DNA of 64,000 nucleotides from Octopus bimaculoides (lineage: Eukaryota): positions 335,614 to 399,613 of the forward strand of contig NC_068985.1 in the NCBI RefSeq assembly GCF_001194135.2, read 5' to 3'. Positions 63,817 through 64,000 of this stretch are shown here, piece after piece; position 1 is the stretch's first letter; each line of letters begins with the position of its first letter. Under the pieces are notes generated by a model. That model saw nothing but the letters and a program-made list of their open reading frames with translations, had not been told where the DNA came from and searched no databases. Position numbers and translations under genes: made by a program.

Positions 63817-64000
63817 GCCAGTGCCACCTGACTGGTTCCTGTGTTGGTGGCATGTAAAAAGCACCATTCGAGTGCGGTTGTTGCCAGTGCCACCTGACTG
63901 GTTCCTGTGTTGGTGGCACGTAAAAAGCACCATTCGAGTGCGGTTGTTGCCAGTGCCACCTGACTGGTTCCTGTGTTGGTGGCACGTAAAAAGCACCATT
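63817..64000 (+). repeat. 66-bp near-perfect tandem repeat (at least 2.8 units, runs off the window)
   Basis: Units start at 63817, 63883 and 63949, with one visible substitution. The unit contains the GGTGGCACGTAAAAAGCACC module. Confidence 0.95.

Overview
AT-rich eukaryotic non-coding DNA with scaffold N gaps and dense microsatellites. The repeat families look like those of an octopod cephalopod (inferred from recalled repeat motifs, not from a database search). No intact protein-coding gene is visible, and nearly all ORFs in the supplied track come from microsatellites, N gaps or transposon remnants. The window holds decayed mobile elements: RTE LINEs and their (GAT)n-tailed 3' ends, R4/Dong-like and CRE-like restriction-like-endonuclease (RLE) LINEs, Penelope-like elements (PLEs), mariner, maT, rosa and Tigger DNA transposons, a mariner-type MITE and tRNA-headed SINEs. 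Best signals: (1) seven hammerhead-ribozyme-like motifs at PLE-type termini, four clustered at 60.9-62.2 kb. Most have an unusual A...A at the base of helix II, and some have a greatly extended helix II. Two form a 120-bp inverted repeat. (2) A strong 3' splice site fused directly to GTAAGT at 14203 on the minus strand, a candidate recursive splice site. (3) Arrays built from a hairpin module in the shared LINE/SINE tail. Isolated short exon candidates occur on both strands but cannot be assembled into a recognisable protein.
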